Shown here in pieces: positions 52,453-63,606 of a stretch of 64,000 bases of DNA. A program made the translations under genes and the position numbers. The stretch covers positions 46,314,001 through 46,378,000 of the forward strand of contig OX597818.1 of assembly GCA_951406725.2 (NCBI GenBank), given 5' to 3'. The stretch comes from Octopus vulgaris (Eukaryota). Within the stretch, counting starts at the first letter, position 1, and each line of letters begins with the position of its first letter. The notes below the pieces were generated by a model that was not told where the DNA came from, made no database searches, and saw only the letters and a program-made list of their open reading frames with translations.

Positions 52453-53722
52453 TTGAACACAATTATCTGACAAGTGTAACGGCAAGCATTCAACAGCAGG
52501 CTACCTTTGTTGAATTGGAAACTCATATAATCTCCAATAAGCCTCTGCCGCTCCAATATAGCGGTAATTTTCGTAATTCGAAATTTCATCCATTTGATTT
52601 TCGTTGCCAACATTAAAACGCACGCCATCTTCTTGTCTGTGTAAAGAAACTGTTGCATAGTCATCACCTTTGAAAATGTACTTGTAAGATATTTCACAGC
52701 CTTAATAGATACAAACCATTCAAGATTAATATGCACCTCATACTTCTGCAACAACCAAGCATTATAAAGAACTACATAACGGTTATCAACAACAATTTCG
52801 CTATTTTCAATACGCATTGAAGTTGTGAAGCCACCATCTCGAGGGTTTCAGTGACGACATTGTGGATAAGAATCATTTCCAATTAAAGTTTGTGATCTGT
52901 AATCTCTTGGATATCTTTTAGTGCAAACACCATTCACCATGCAGGGAGAATTTAAATTTCTTTTCTGCAAGGTCCATGTATCAGGTGCTTCTTCACCAAA
53001 GAATAAAGATATGACGTTAATGGGTTTTCAGTATTAGGAAGTTCAGCTGTAACAATTTTATCAATTTCTTACCATATGAATAAGAAATGGCAATGAGGTG
53101 AAATTCCACTGTGTTCACATGAGCAATAAATTTCCCAAGGACTCCTGATATCGTGCAATAGTTGCTGTTGTTTTAATTTAAATATTCTTGTAGTGATATC
53201 TGGTCGTTCAACCGCCGTCTGGCTCACAGAAAGCTCGTTAACTATTTCATGTCATTTCGGGTTGCATATAAAAGTCAAAAATAAAGTAGATTTGCCAAAC
53301 TTTCTAACTATGGCCATTGCATCCTGGTAGTGTTTTGCCACATATCATGGACTTCCTGTAAATGAACTTGGCAATATACATTTACAACCTGTACGATCAG
53401 TATCACTGTAAGCATAGCATCTTGTAAGCCATTAAATAAATCAGCTCTTAAGGTTGCTTGATTGTTACGAACATATCGTAGACGGGTGGATGGTACTTTG
53501 GAAAATTGATCTACACAGTATTGCTGAAACAAATGCTGACCTAATTGCAATATATTTGTAGATCCTGTTCTTTTCATGATGCGATAACAATAAAATTAAA
53601 CTATTGAAATTTGACAGTTGCCATTTTCATTCATTTATCCAAGGTGCTGCCCATCTTGGCCAGAAGGAAAAAAAAACACGGGTACATCATTGTGTTGTAT
53701 GATCGATGCGAGTCACTTAATA

Positions 53723-54116
53723 TTTACTCTTTTACTTATTTCAGTCATGTGTCTGTGGCCATGCTGGAGCACCACCTTTAGTCAAGCAAATCAACACCAG
53801 GACTTATTCTTTGTAAGCCTAGTACTTATTCTAAGTTCTCTTTTGCCGAGCCACAAGTTACGGGGCGTAATCACACCAGCATCGGTTCTCAAGCGATGTT
53901 GGTAGGACAAACACAGACATACAAACATATACACACACATAAGTAAATATACATATATACGACGGGCTTCTTTCAGTTTCCGTCTACTAAATCCACTCAC
54001 AAGGCTTTGATCAGCTCGAGTCTATAGTAGAAGACACTTGTCCAAGGTGCCATGCAGTGGGACTGAACCCGGAACCATGTAGTTGGTAAGCAAGTTACTT
54101 ACCACACAGCCACTCC
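53723..54116 (-). mobile_element. SINE family A, full length, inserted in the Helitron
   Basis: Reverse complement of the GGAGTGGCTGTGTGGTAG head through the tail; short internal microsatellite. Confidence 0.88.
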
Positions 54117-54881
54117 TACGCTATTTGTAAAGATTTTTGGTTATTCTCTGCTCTGAATTTTGTTACGACCATTCGTTTCCTCATCAAGATTATTTGGTAT
54201 AAGAATAGCAAGCTCATTAGAAGTTGGTAGATTATATCTCCTGGAGTGTTCCCCATGAGGTTTTTTATCCACATGTAAGCCAACTGACATATCAGCAGGA
54301 ATATTTCCAGCGTCAATTTGCTCTTGCACGTATAGAAAAAATTGTATTTCCAGCAGATATCATAGCAGAATGAATTTTTCGAAATATGTTTACATCGAAG
54401 GCTTGGTTTACATTGTTAAAATGCATTCTTTCCATTTGTCTTCTTATTTGCTCTTCATGATCATAGAAATACGTTTGTAAGCTAGACAGGACTGTTCCTA
54501 TATGGTTTCTATGAGCTCCAATAAATCTATAAAGATTTCCACGTAATCTGTAATTTGTAATCCCTCTCAGTATTGAAGTGTCATTTACTTTCATAGAACA
54601 AATTGCAATTGCGCTGTTGAACGTTCGAATATTACATTTGAAATATTTTGCTTCAGAAGTATTAGAAAGGAAGAGATCAGCAAGTTCGTTCGGTAACTCA
54701 GGGATATTTTCGATTTTTATCATTCCTGATTTACAGCATATACCAAAACTGGGATTGTTGATTGTTCCTCCTGTACGCTCTCCAATGAACATCAAAGCAT
54801 TGAAGTGGTGGCAACGTACTTCAATGAAGCCACAACTATGGCGAGCAACGTCAATGGGAGCCTGTAGAAGTTCATCTATAT

Positions 54882-55082
54882 CAATGGTTTTCAAACTTTT
54901 TGCTGAAGCGGAACCTCAAGGAAACATTCCACTGGCTCGAGGAACCCCTGTGCAATAATTTAATAGTTTTATGCACACATATCTGCACAGGAGAATTAAA
55001 AATTACTGCTGATTTTAGCAGTTTTGTAACTTCTTGCGGAACCCCTGGACTGTACTGGCGGAACCCTGGTTGAAAACCACTG
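54882..55082. mobile_element. hAT/Charlie MITE inserted in the Helitron
   Basis: TIRs CAATGGTTTTCAA / TTGAAAACCACTG, perfect 8-bp TSD ATCTATAT. Confidence 0.88.
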
Positions 55083-55584
55083 ATCTATATCATATTGTCG
55101 AGCTATAATAAGAGTCAGCCTATTATTGATTTGCCGATGTCTTCTGTGTTTTGCTGCATTTTGTTCTCAAATCTGCTCACGTTGCTCTTGTGACAGTTGA
55201 TGTCTTGCATTTCTATGCTGAGCAGCATCTTGTTCTAAAATTTGCTTTCTTCGCTCCTGTGACTGCGCTAAACGGAGCTGACGCCATCTTTCTGTATTCC
55301 TTTTACGTTGCTCTTCCTTCTGTTCTTGAGTTTGCCTCAATCTTCGTAATTGCTGACTCAAACATTTTGCGGGTCTTCTATAATTGGACCGTTCCTCTTC
55401 CATGGACAAATATTAATTATATATTTATTAATTAAATAGAATAGTATGGAAAAACAACAACATAATATTGAGAAAGGCGATTGTATTATGATGACAAAAT
55501 TGGTTTCTTATTTACACAGCGTGAGGTATAAAAATGACCAAACTTTCTCACAAACATTCTCATACATACTTGCACGCACACACA

Positions 55585-55623
<39 letters not shown>

Positions 55624-56039
55624 TTTTTATCTGAGACTCACAAATAGGAATGAAAGGACATCAAAAAGTATAACGAATACGTTGACAGAGCTATTGAAAC
55701 GGTACCCACATGTAACGGTAAATATTAAGAATTACACCAACTCTTGGAAACACCATTTTGAATCGCTGTTTTCATGAAGCGTTAAAGTAAAAACTATTTT
55801 AGACGTTTTGTATCGGCGAGTATGATAGGAAAAAGAATTCAAAGATCACATGGCAGCATGAGGCAGAGAGAGATACGTGGACAGAGCTATTCCTTTATTT
55901 CTTTCACTTTCTCTATTTATCTTCTGTTTTCCTTAACACCAGCAGCTTGTCTCTCTGTCTGTCTATCTTCCCTCTCTCTCCTCTCTTTCTCAATATCTCT
56001 TTCTTTCTTTCACTCTCTATTTAATTCACCTCTTTTCCT

Positions 56040-57410
56040 TTAATTACTGAAGGCTTCGGACACACGGAACAAAATGGACGTTACGTAGCTGTCATTATTG
56101 TAAGGATTGAACAATTTGGTGTATGACTTATCAATGTACACAATGAGTTTATTTGCTGTAGGTGCCGGGAAGACACTCGGCAAGAACTTAAAACAAACTT
56201 GAAGGAAGAAAAGACGTTTTGCAAACAACTTGCACATCCAAGTGCTACCAGTCGAGAACTCCACATACCGGAAGCCGGCAAGTGTATGGGGTTATCAGGA
56301 GGGAATGTGTGCCGTTTCAGGGCCTATCTCTCGACGGCATCAGTGCGTACCGGTCCCACTTACTGACATGAGGCCCCGCTTACTAGATCAACTGGTTATT
56401 AAATAAAGCCCAATATTCTTCTAGTCATCGCTCATCGTCTCTTTTTAACCAAATCCAGTGGCTCGCCTATCGGTCATGGTGGTAGCAAACGAAATGCGTA
56501 GCCGTATTTCGTCTGCCGTTACGTTCTGAGTTCAAATTCCGTCGAGATCGACTTTGCCCTTCATCCTTTCGGGGTCGATAAATTAACTACCAGTTTACGC
56601 ACTGGAGTCGATATAATCGACTCAATCCGTTTGTCTGTCATTGTTTGTCCTCTCTGTGTTTAACCCCTTGTGGGTAATAAAGAAATAGGTATTTGCGTTA
56701 CGATGAGTTAGGCCTTGCAGTGGATCTTGCATACATGAAGTGGATTCGATCCACAGCCTAATAATAACAACAATCGTCTCACACTGTGTCCAACAAACCC
56801 TATACGTCCGACTTCGATTGGAAAATGTTCCGCTATCCAGCCTGCGTCTTCACATTCCTCAAGAAGGTTTACATAACGGTCAATCTTTCGAACCTGAGCG
56901 GTGTCCATGTTATCTTCATGAGGAACCGCTAACTCGACTAGATTCATAACTTTCTTTCCTTCACACCACATTGAAATGTCCAGTTTTTACATAACTAGGA
57001 TGGGAAAGAGTCCTTGGCACCCTGGTAAATCTGCAGTCACCTACAAATAGCTGCTTCATTTTTTATCGCAAACAGGAAGTTTGTTGTTCTTCCTGAAACG
57101 GATCCGCTGTCCTGAGCGCAAGAAGGTAATGAAATCTCTAGTTGGTACTTTCGACGGTTTTTTTTTTCACTGATGTTGAGATCAATTTGGTGCTTTATTG
57201 CATTGAAGATAAACTTAAGGACTAGGTTGTGTCTCCATGAATACTTGTTCAATGTTAATGAACAGTTGTAAAGAATATGTTTCAGTGTTCCGACCTTTCC
57301 GCATTTGCATATATCATTCTCTGAGACGTTCCATCTTATTAGATTTGCAGGTGATTGCAAAACATCATAGGATAAACGAATCAAAAAACTTAGCCGAGAT
57401 GTTGTCTACC
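56040..57410 (-). mobile_element. RLE-type non-LTR retrotransposon 3' fragment (HERO-like), interrupted by a SINE at ~56490-56697
   Basis: YDVLQSPANLIRW, CKCGKVGTLKHILYNC zinc knuckle, WRHNLVL, VELAVPHED...RKIDRY...PIEVGRIGF, ASHWIWLKR. Confidence 0.82.
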
Positions 57411-57459
57411 TTCATATCTCATCCCAACTTGATAAGAAATGACAAGGCACAGGCATACA

Positions 57460-57833
57460 GGCATGGCTGTGTGATTAAGAAGCTTGTTTTGCAACCATGT
57501 GATTTTGGGTTCAGTCCTACTGCCCATCACCTTGGGCAAGTGTCTTCTATTACCCACTCTGGGCCAATAAATACGAATTTCGTAGATGGAAACTGTATAG
57601 AAGCCTATCATATATAATCATATATGATAGATAGATAGATATACTGACAGATAGATAGATGTGTTGTTTGTGTTTTTCCTCCACCGTTACCTGACAGCTG
57701 GGGTTGGTTTGTTTATGTCCCTGTTCAGCAAACAAGACCAATAAGATAAGTACCAGACTTTAAAAATAATTAAAAAAAAAGTTCTGGAGTTGATTTGTTT
57801 TACTAAACCTTTCAAGGCAGATGCTCCAGCATG
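57460..57833 (+). mobile_element. SINE family A, diverged
   Basis: Head gcatggctgtgtgattaag..gggttcagtcc, central (GATA)n, 3' body. Confidence 0.75.
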
Positions 57834-58375
57834 CGATATAGAATATGAATAAACTGTCTGATACTTAACTGAGATATTGCATTGAAGAATGTAAGCATTT
57901 ACAATGATGACACACAGAATGACTACGAACTTCCCTCTACTCACTAGTCTTGATTATAGTAGTTAGATTAAATTCTAGTGGAAACTTACTGAAAGGTGGT
58001 AATCTTGTTTCTTTTAGTTTATTACAGAATCTGTTTCTGAGTTTATGATATACGACCTTTAACTGCTTTGCTAAGTTGAATATTACAAATTATTCCAAGT
58101 TAGGGAAAAAGCAAAGGATATAAAATTGTCTAATATTCTACTCAAACCAGAGACTTGCTTAAACTTGTCTTTTACCTTCCCAATTAAATTAACAATTAGG
58201 TAGAACAAACAATGACTAATATCTTTGTTTAGATTCCGGAATAATCTTTTGCTTTTAACATCATGTTCTTGTTACTTTAGTCATAGTTGTGTTGACCGAA
58301 TAAATTTCATGCCTATACTTACTGTTAGGTAGTACTTGAGAATTCCATTTGGAATCTTAGCTTACCTTATATATA

Positions 58376-59986
58376 CAGTTGCGGCCAAAATGTTCAGAAA
58401 GGCATTGTTTTCGTCAGAAAAGTAGGTATAAGTTTTTATTGAAGTTGTTTTATATTCTATAATTTTCACAGACAATAAATACAATATTATTTGTTATTGT
58501 CTGAGATTTTGGTGTAATTTGAGAGGATAATAAAAAAGTTATGGATGATTTAGTGATTTACGGCAAAACCCACGGCGGCCAAAATGATCAGAACGGTTGC
58601 TTTTACTCCATGTTTTAGTATATTTAACCGTCGAACTCTAATGTTTTGAATTTGATTACGTGACAGTTCGTTTACTAAACATTAGTAAGAATATCTGCAG
58701 TGTACTTTGTTAATATAATGCCACTTACTCCGTTACCAATTCGTCAGCAGATTATTAAGCGTCGAAAGAAGGATAATTTAAGTATTAGGTCTATTGCAAA
58801 GATTGTTAACAAGTCAAAAAGTGTTGTTCACGGTATTCTTAAGGTCTACGATGATTGTGGTTCGTGTGAAGCAAGAAAGTCTACAGGTAGGCTAAGAAAA
58901 ATGACCAAAAGAGAAGTAAAGTTGGTTAAAAAGGACAGATTTAAAACTGCTGCTGCTGTTTTTCGGGAAATGAGCATTGTACTGAAGAAAACTTTATCTC
59001 GAAAAACTGTGTCTCGTCCTTTAGTTGAATATGACCTACAAGCAAGAGCACCTGCAGTGAAGCCACTGATCAGCTCCAAGAATAAAAAGTGTCGTCTTAC
59101 CTTTGCAACCGAACATGTGTTGTGGTCTCAAGAAAAATGGCAAACGGTGCATTTCAGTGATGAATCTAAGTCTATGTTATTTGGCTCAGATGGGAAAAGG
59201 TACGTTCGTCGAAAAGCAGGTGAAAAATTGTCGCCTAAATGCCTTAAGACTAGTGTTAAATTCGGTGGAAGAAGTGTCATGGTTTGGGGGGTGATATCTG
59301 GAGATGTTGTGGGCCCTTTGCTGCGATTACATGGAAAGGTAAATGCAGGAGTTTATAAACAACTTGTAAGATCATGTCTTGCCTGTGCTGAGAAATTCAA
59401 CTAAGCGACCACTCATATTCATGCAGGACAACGCCCCATGTCACATGGCTAAGGTGGTCATGAAGTTCCTCAAGGCTGAAAAGGTTATTGTTATGGATTG
59501 GCCTGCTCAGAGCCCAGACCTCAATCCTATTGAAAATATGTGGAATATTCTAGGAGAACGTTTGAAAGCCAGAAATCCTAAAACAACCGAGCAATTATGG
59601 AATGCCCTTCAGGAAGAATGGAATAAGATCACCCAGCAAGAAATTGAAAATTTAATTTCCCCATGCAGTAAAAAATGTCAAACTTTGATTGAAGCTAAAG
59701 GGCTTCACACTAAATATGAAATAATTCCAGCATTCTCTGTCACTTTTTGATAATTTTGTTATTTTTTCAACCGTTCTGATAATTTTGGCCACCATGGGTT
59801 TTGCAGTAAATCACTATATCATCCATAACTTTTGTATTATCCACTCAAATTACACCAAAATCTCAGACAATACCAATTAATATCGTATTTATTGTCTGTG
59901 AAAATTATAGAATATAAAACAACTTTAATAAAAACTTATATCTACTTTTCTGACGAAAACAATGCCTTTCTGAACATTTTGGCCGC

Positions 59987-59991
<5 letters not shown>
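58376..59991 (+). mobile_element. Tc1 (DD34E) transposon with ~224-bp IR/DR terminal repeats, near full length
   Basis: TIRs 58376-58599 and 59768-59991, each with outer and inner gcggccaaaatg(t/a)tcagaa direct repeats; TA flanks. Confidence 0.95.
58718..59750 (+). pseudogene. Tc1 transposase, frameshifted at ~59370
   Basis: ORFs 58700-59404 and 59379-59750: HTH region, FSDESK, QDNAPCH, WPAQSPDLNPIE with 34 residues between D and E. Confidence 0.9.
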
Positions 59992-60036
<45 letters not shown>

Positions 60037-60143
60037 GTATCTTATATGGCACCTTGGGCTAGTGTCTTCTACTATAGCCTCGGGCTGACCGAAGTCTTAT
60101 GAGTGGATTTGGTAGACGGAAACTGAAAGAAGCCCATCCTTTA

Positions 60144-60470
60144 TCTATTATATAAAATCCGTTCTGTCTGTCTGTCTGTGTGTGTGTCTTCTAGGATCTC
60201 GGGCATCCTCCATCCAATTGTGCTCAAATTTGATGTGTAAATATCAACGGTATCAGGGCATGAATAAGTCTTGAAAAAATTGCAGAAATCGATTCCAGGT
60301 GAGAATGCGATCGATAAAGCTGTTTTTGTCCTGCTTTTCTTCCGTCAGCCTGTACATAACTGCACCTTCCATTTTTTGTTGTTTTTGTACTGCTTAAAGG
60401 CACGGTTTTTTCCTGCCAAACTTACTGTATAAACCATGTTTGTGTTCTCTCAGTCAACAGCCAGTCAATC
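60144..60470 (+). mobile_element. Probable non-autonomous Helitron 5' end
   Basis: A|TCTATTATATAAAA followed by (GTCT)n, the start pattern typical of non-autonomous Helitrons; right boundary uncertain. Confidence 0.45.
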
Positions 60471-60529
60471 ATACATTGGAGGGGGGGGGCGTTTTGCTCG
60501 TATATGAGATATTTAGAAATTTAATATTT

Positions 60530-60572
<43 letters not shown>

Positions 60573-60576
<4 letters not shown>

Positions 60577-61034
60577 ATCTTTCGTCTCTAGTAGACCTTT
60601 CCGTCGATTTCCGTAAAAAATTTTTTTCTTTTTACATATGGGCTTGCGGGAACTTTTGAAGTAATGAGAGCGAAAGAGACTAAGAGAAAGCGATTGTATG
60701 ACGAGGGAAGTTCTTTTGAAGTTACCGTCCAGGGGAAGCATTGATGTACATGTGTGTGTGTGTGTATGTGTGTGTGTGTGTGTGTGTTTGATGGGGTGTG
60801 GGAGACAGACAGTATGTTGAGACAGACAGTATGTTGTGTAAGTGAAGTGCTTCTGTTAGTGTGTGTGAAGAGACAGAGTAATGTGTGAAAGAAAGAGATA
60901 ACTGAAATTTTTACTCGGTGTATGTGTATATGTATGTATATTACTTCAAAAGTTCCCGCAAGCCCATATGTAAAAAAAAAAAAAAAAAATTTACGGAAAT
61001 CGACGGAAAGGTCTACTACAGACGAAAGATCGCC
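60573..61034. mobile_element. MITE/foldback element with ~92-bp TIRs (GGC...GCC termini)
   Basis: ggcaatctttcgtctctagtagacctttccgtcgatttccgtaaa...catatgggcttgcgggaacttttgaagtaat and its near-perfect reverse complement at ~60940-61034. Confidence 0.85.
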
Positions 61035-61399
61035 GTGTGTGTATGTGTTTCCCACCACCACCACTCCACCATCACTTGACAACCGATATTGGTGTGTTAC
61101 TTCCCCGAAACTTAATTGTTCAGCAAAAAGAGACTGATAGAATAAGTACTAGGCTTACAAAGAATAAGTTCTGGGGTCGGTTGTTCGACTAAAGGTGGTG
61201 CTCTAGCATGGGCGCGGTCAAATGACTGGAAGAAATAAAAGAATTAAAAAAAAAAAAGAATTATATAATCGATGTGGTAGGTTGGGCTATCATTTGATAA
61301 AATGAGAAAGGAGCAAGAGCAATAGTGTGAGGAGAAGCAGTGGAATAGAGAGTGTGACTGATATCAGGGAAGGGGAGGACAGAGTTGTGTGAGCGACAA

Positions 61400-62110
61400 A
61401 GTCAATCTCTTTCTCGCGTCTCTTTTTGTCTCTCAGTCTGTTTCACTCTCTCTTTCGCTCTCTCTTACTCTGTCTGTCTCTCTTCCTCCCTCTCTCTCAC
61501 GCACATACACACACTCACAAATTTCTAGACAAGTATTGGACAGCGTTTAAACCGAAATTATCCGGAAATAACCGAAGTATTCCGTTTTTTCCATTTGTGA
61601 AAAGTTGATAAAGAAGTTATCGTCTGCTAAATACTTAGTTCACTTTTCTTTTTGTCTCTCAGTCTGTTTCACTCTGTCTTTCTCCCTCTGTTAGTCTCTC
61701 TCTCTCTCTCTCCCCCTCTCTCTCATACACACATACACACACTCGCAAATTTCTAGACATGTATTGGACAACGTTTAAACCGAAATTATCCGGAAATAAC
61801 CGAAGTATTCCGTTTTTTCCATTTGTGAAAAGTTGATAAAGAAGTTATCGTCTGCTAAATACTTAGTTCACTTTTCTTTTTGTCTCTCAGTCTGTTTCAC
61901 TCTGTCTTTCTCCCTCTGTTAGTCTCTCTCTCTCTCTCTCCCCCCTCTCTCTCATACACACATACACACACTCGCAAATTTCTAGACATGTATTGGACAA
62001 CGTTTAAACCGAAATTATCCGGAAATAACCGAAGTATTCCGTTTTTTCCATTTGTGAAAAGTTGATAAAGAAGTTATCGTCTGCTAAATACTTAGTTCAC
62101 TTTTCTTTTC
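61400..62110 (+). repeat. Three tandem ~228-bp units upstream of the Helitron ORF (copy 2)
   Basis: ttctagac.. unit at 61523, 61751 and 61980; units 2 and 3 are near-identical. Confidence 0.9.
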
Positions 62111-63606
62111 ATGAAGACCACGTTTCAAGTCAACATTGAAAGTGAAGTAGCTTATTAATTTCGTTTTTATTATTTACAAAATTATAATCACTCATTCATC
62201 TATCGCAAAGATAGAAATACAGATTTCTAAAGGGTATTTTGCTATCATTTAGTATCTTATCCCTTTTGGTGTTGTAATTTTCCGTCACGTTCTCTTCATA
62301 GAACTATGTAAAGTTTGAACTGAAGATAAAGTCCCTTACTGAATTTATTGAAAAATATTCAACAATTACATTAATTTATTAATTCAGTCTTTTAATAAAG
62401 TTATGGGTGATGGTAACTGTATGGCCAGAGCTGTGTCACTCTTGCTCAAAAACAACAGAAATTACCAAATTCTTCGGGAATACATATGCAATAATTGGAA
62501 GTATTTTCGTTCTTTTATTCCTAATAGTAAAATGCAGGAATACCAAACATACATGAGTAGGGATGGAACATACGGCGGTATTGTTGAATTAGCTATCATT
62601 AGTGAATTGTACAATGTTGCAAAGGAAGGTTTTAGTATTATATAATGGCGAACTTGACAACGACCATTACGATGCTCTCTTTCCCATAAACAATCATGAG
62701 CATTGAAAGAAATGAAGAAGGAAATAAAACATCACAAGACAGTGAAAAAGGCAAAAGAATGAGAATTCAAACACTAAAAATGAAGATCGTAAAAAAAAAA
62801 AAACATTGGAAAAAATGAAGGAATATGAGAGGAGGACAAGAGAAAAAGAAAACGATAAAGATAGGGAAATAAGATTGCAGAGAAAGAAGGAAAATTACTG
62901 AAATAAAAACATACAAGAAAATGAAACAAATAAAGAAATATGATTGCAGAAAAGGAGAGAAAAAGGTAGAATAAATAGAAAAGAAGAGAGTGTAAGTGAC
63001 TGAAAAATATGACTAAAAAGAAGAAAGCTTTTCAGAGAAAATCAGCAGAAAAAGTATAGACGATTTCAGAGGCAAGGTGTAGCATTTAATTATGTTCCTG
63101 ATTGTAATTATGCATCTGAAAAACTTGTCTCCCTGGGCTCTATGTGCAAAACATGTGAAAAGTGTGGTGCTAGGAAGTGGGACAAGGAATTATTAGGTAA
63201 GTGTTGTTCTAAAAGTGAAGTCCATTTACCAATAATTGAGCCTCCAGAACTTATAAAACATCTTTTGGGTGTCGCTTCAGAATCAAAATACTTTCTGAAA
63301 AATATTAGAGCATACAATTCTACTTTCCAAATAACATCATTTAGGGTAAAAATTATTAGGGAAAGTGGGTTTATGTCAACTTTTAAAGTGCAAGGAAATA
63401 TTTATCACAGAATTGGCTCTCTTAAGCCTTTACAGAATAAAGATCCACAATTTTTACAAATATATTTTATAGGTGACATTCAAAAGGAAGCACAGTATCA
63501 CATCAAGAATTGTCCAGGTACAAGATTAGAACTTATTTTTAAGCTGCGAGAAATGCATCACGAAAAGAATTCTTATGTGAGAAGCGTTCAGTATGCTTTT
63601 TTAGAT
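61400..63606 (+). mobile_element. Helitron 5' half, copy 2 (decayed): OTU protease and RepHel N-terminus
   Basis: MGDGNCMARAV (62403), DHYDAL, CKTCEKCGARKW..GKCCSK, FLKNIRAYNSTF, FKVQGNIYHRIGSL..PQFLQIYFIGD (ORF 63142-63693); colinear with 850-4274. Confidence 0.88.

Larger units (their letters stand above)
50165..55825 (-). mobile_element. Helitron (RepHel: R/E/Q-rich N-terminus, zinc-finger-like region, Rep/HUH, PIF1 helicase), decayed, 3' truncated, four nested insertions
   Basis: ICCKSGMIKI, LFQQYCVD, RPDI..RIF, VDNRYVV.YN..LL.KY..HINLE, IGRVYSVHPSQRELFYLRLLL, IFIDAPGGTGKTFL, LIVWDEAPM; candidate A|TC 5' terminus at 55825. Confidence 0.92.
60046..61245 (+). mobile_element. SINE family A (5' truncated) carrying two nested insertions at its microsatellite
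   Basis: 5' body 60046-60137; 3' body resumes at ~61035 and ends in aataaaagaa. Confidence 0.75.

Noticed and set aside
61400-62110. Repeat-spacer-like appearance suggesting a CRISPR array
   Set aside because: Units are >200 bp, the intervening parts are near-identical microsatellite-rich sequence rather than unique spacers, there are no cas genes and the context is eukaryotic
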